DNA from: a virus
Lineage: Duplodnaviria > Caudoviricetes
Strand: one strand, 5' to 3'
DNA: 64,000 nucleotides
Virus record (IMG/VR): IMGVR_UViG_3300021387_000087
Shown here: piece after piece, positions 63,379-64,000 of the stretch
How the letters are laid out: each line of letters begins with the position of its first letter
Position numbering within the stretch: the stretch's first letter is position 1
Notes under the pieces: model-generated
The model's database searches: none
What the model was told of the DNA's origin: nothing
Seen by the model: the letters and a program-made list of their open reading frames with translations, nothing else
Translations under genes and position numbers: made by a program

Positions 63379-64000
63379 ATGGCAATTATTAGAAACAAAA
63401 ATGCGACTCCCGAAAATCAGCTTCCTATGTACACTGGATATCTTGATGAAAAGACTCATATTCACGTCATTGACGGTAACAGTGAGATGGGCAAGGGAAT
63501 TTATCATTATTCCACTCTTGCGGGATGCAATATTTTCATCAAAGCAGACGGAACTATTATGACAGATATTCACGGAACATGCGGAGATTTTTGTAAGCAT
63601 TGCGAAAAGATTTGCTACGCAAGAAAATATACAATGCGTAACCATATAGGATGCATGCCCGCTTATATTGACAACACTCTGCTTCTCCGTGGAGATAGAG
63701 ACAAGTTCTTCAGGGAACTGGAAGATTTCTTCTACTACAATGTGGTTAGCGTGTTCAGAGCACACGTAAGTGGTGAGTTTCTGGATTATGATCACTTGAA
63801 GAGATTTCTTAAACTCGCCACAAGACATCCTGAAACGCAGTTCTACTTCTATACAGAAGCAGAAGTGTTCATAGACAAGGCAGAAGATGAGGGACTTCTT
63901 CCACTCAAAAATGTTGTGCCGTGGATTTCTGTGCCGACCTGTGAAATGGATAGACCGAACCCTCGTAACCACAGACGAGCATACATCGATGACGGAAAGC
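63379..64000 (+). CDS. GP88-like protein (3' end runs off the window)
   Basis: Open frame from ATG 63379: TCGDFCKHCEKICYAR, FRAHVSGEF, FYFYT. Confidence 0.65.
   Translation, partial: MAIIRNKNATPENQLPMYTGYLDEKTHIHVIDGNSEMGKGIYHYSTLAGCNIFIKADGTIMTDIHGTCGDFCKHCEKICYARKYTMRNHIGCMPAYIDNTLLLRGDRDKFFRELEDFFYYNVVSVFRAHVSGEFLDYDHLKRFLKLATRHPETQFYFYTEAEVFIDKAEDEGLLPLKNVVPWISVPTCEMDRPNPRNHRRAYIDDGK

Noticed and set aside
54784-63972. Long minus-strand ORFs (54784..55524, 56593..57189, 59199..60506, 63355..63972)
   Set aside because: They lie opposite plus-strand genes that have clear RBSs and, for the last two, family motifs.

Overview
This window is 64 kb of a large SPbeta-like tailed phage, probably infecting a Bacillota (Clostridia/Lachnospiraceae-type) host. 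Family assignments are from recalled motifs and gene order, not from searches. Bases 1-53.3 kb are encoded almost entirely on the minus strand. The structural block holds tail tube, neck, major capsid, protease/scaffold and portal genes, and a terminase large subunit split by a group I intron carrying an HNH endonuclease. Next come a tRNA-Met, a metallophosphoesterase, ClpP- and PhoH-like genes, a six-gene Gly/Cys/Gln-rich cassette of unknown function, an endolysin, HU and a YonO-like single-subunit RNA polymerase. The accessory region carries (i) an operon of four 'ETNSSSxH' paralogues with a nucleotidyltransferase, a radical SAM enzyme and a cysteine desulfurase, (ii) a compact CRISPR-Cas12f locus (intact RuvC triad, 6 degenerate repeats, 5 spacers, an in-cis anti-repeat, a type I-C-like leader, no cas1/cas2) and (iii) large families of small paralogues. 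At 53.3-54.8 kb a non-coding switch region has a long palindrome, a sigma-A promoter, tandem DnaA boxes and many hairpins. Beyond it, a plus-strand, GC-richer, early-type gene block (DUF932, ParB-like, DUF5688, RadC/JAB, GP88) is punctuated by long intergenic stem-loops.
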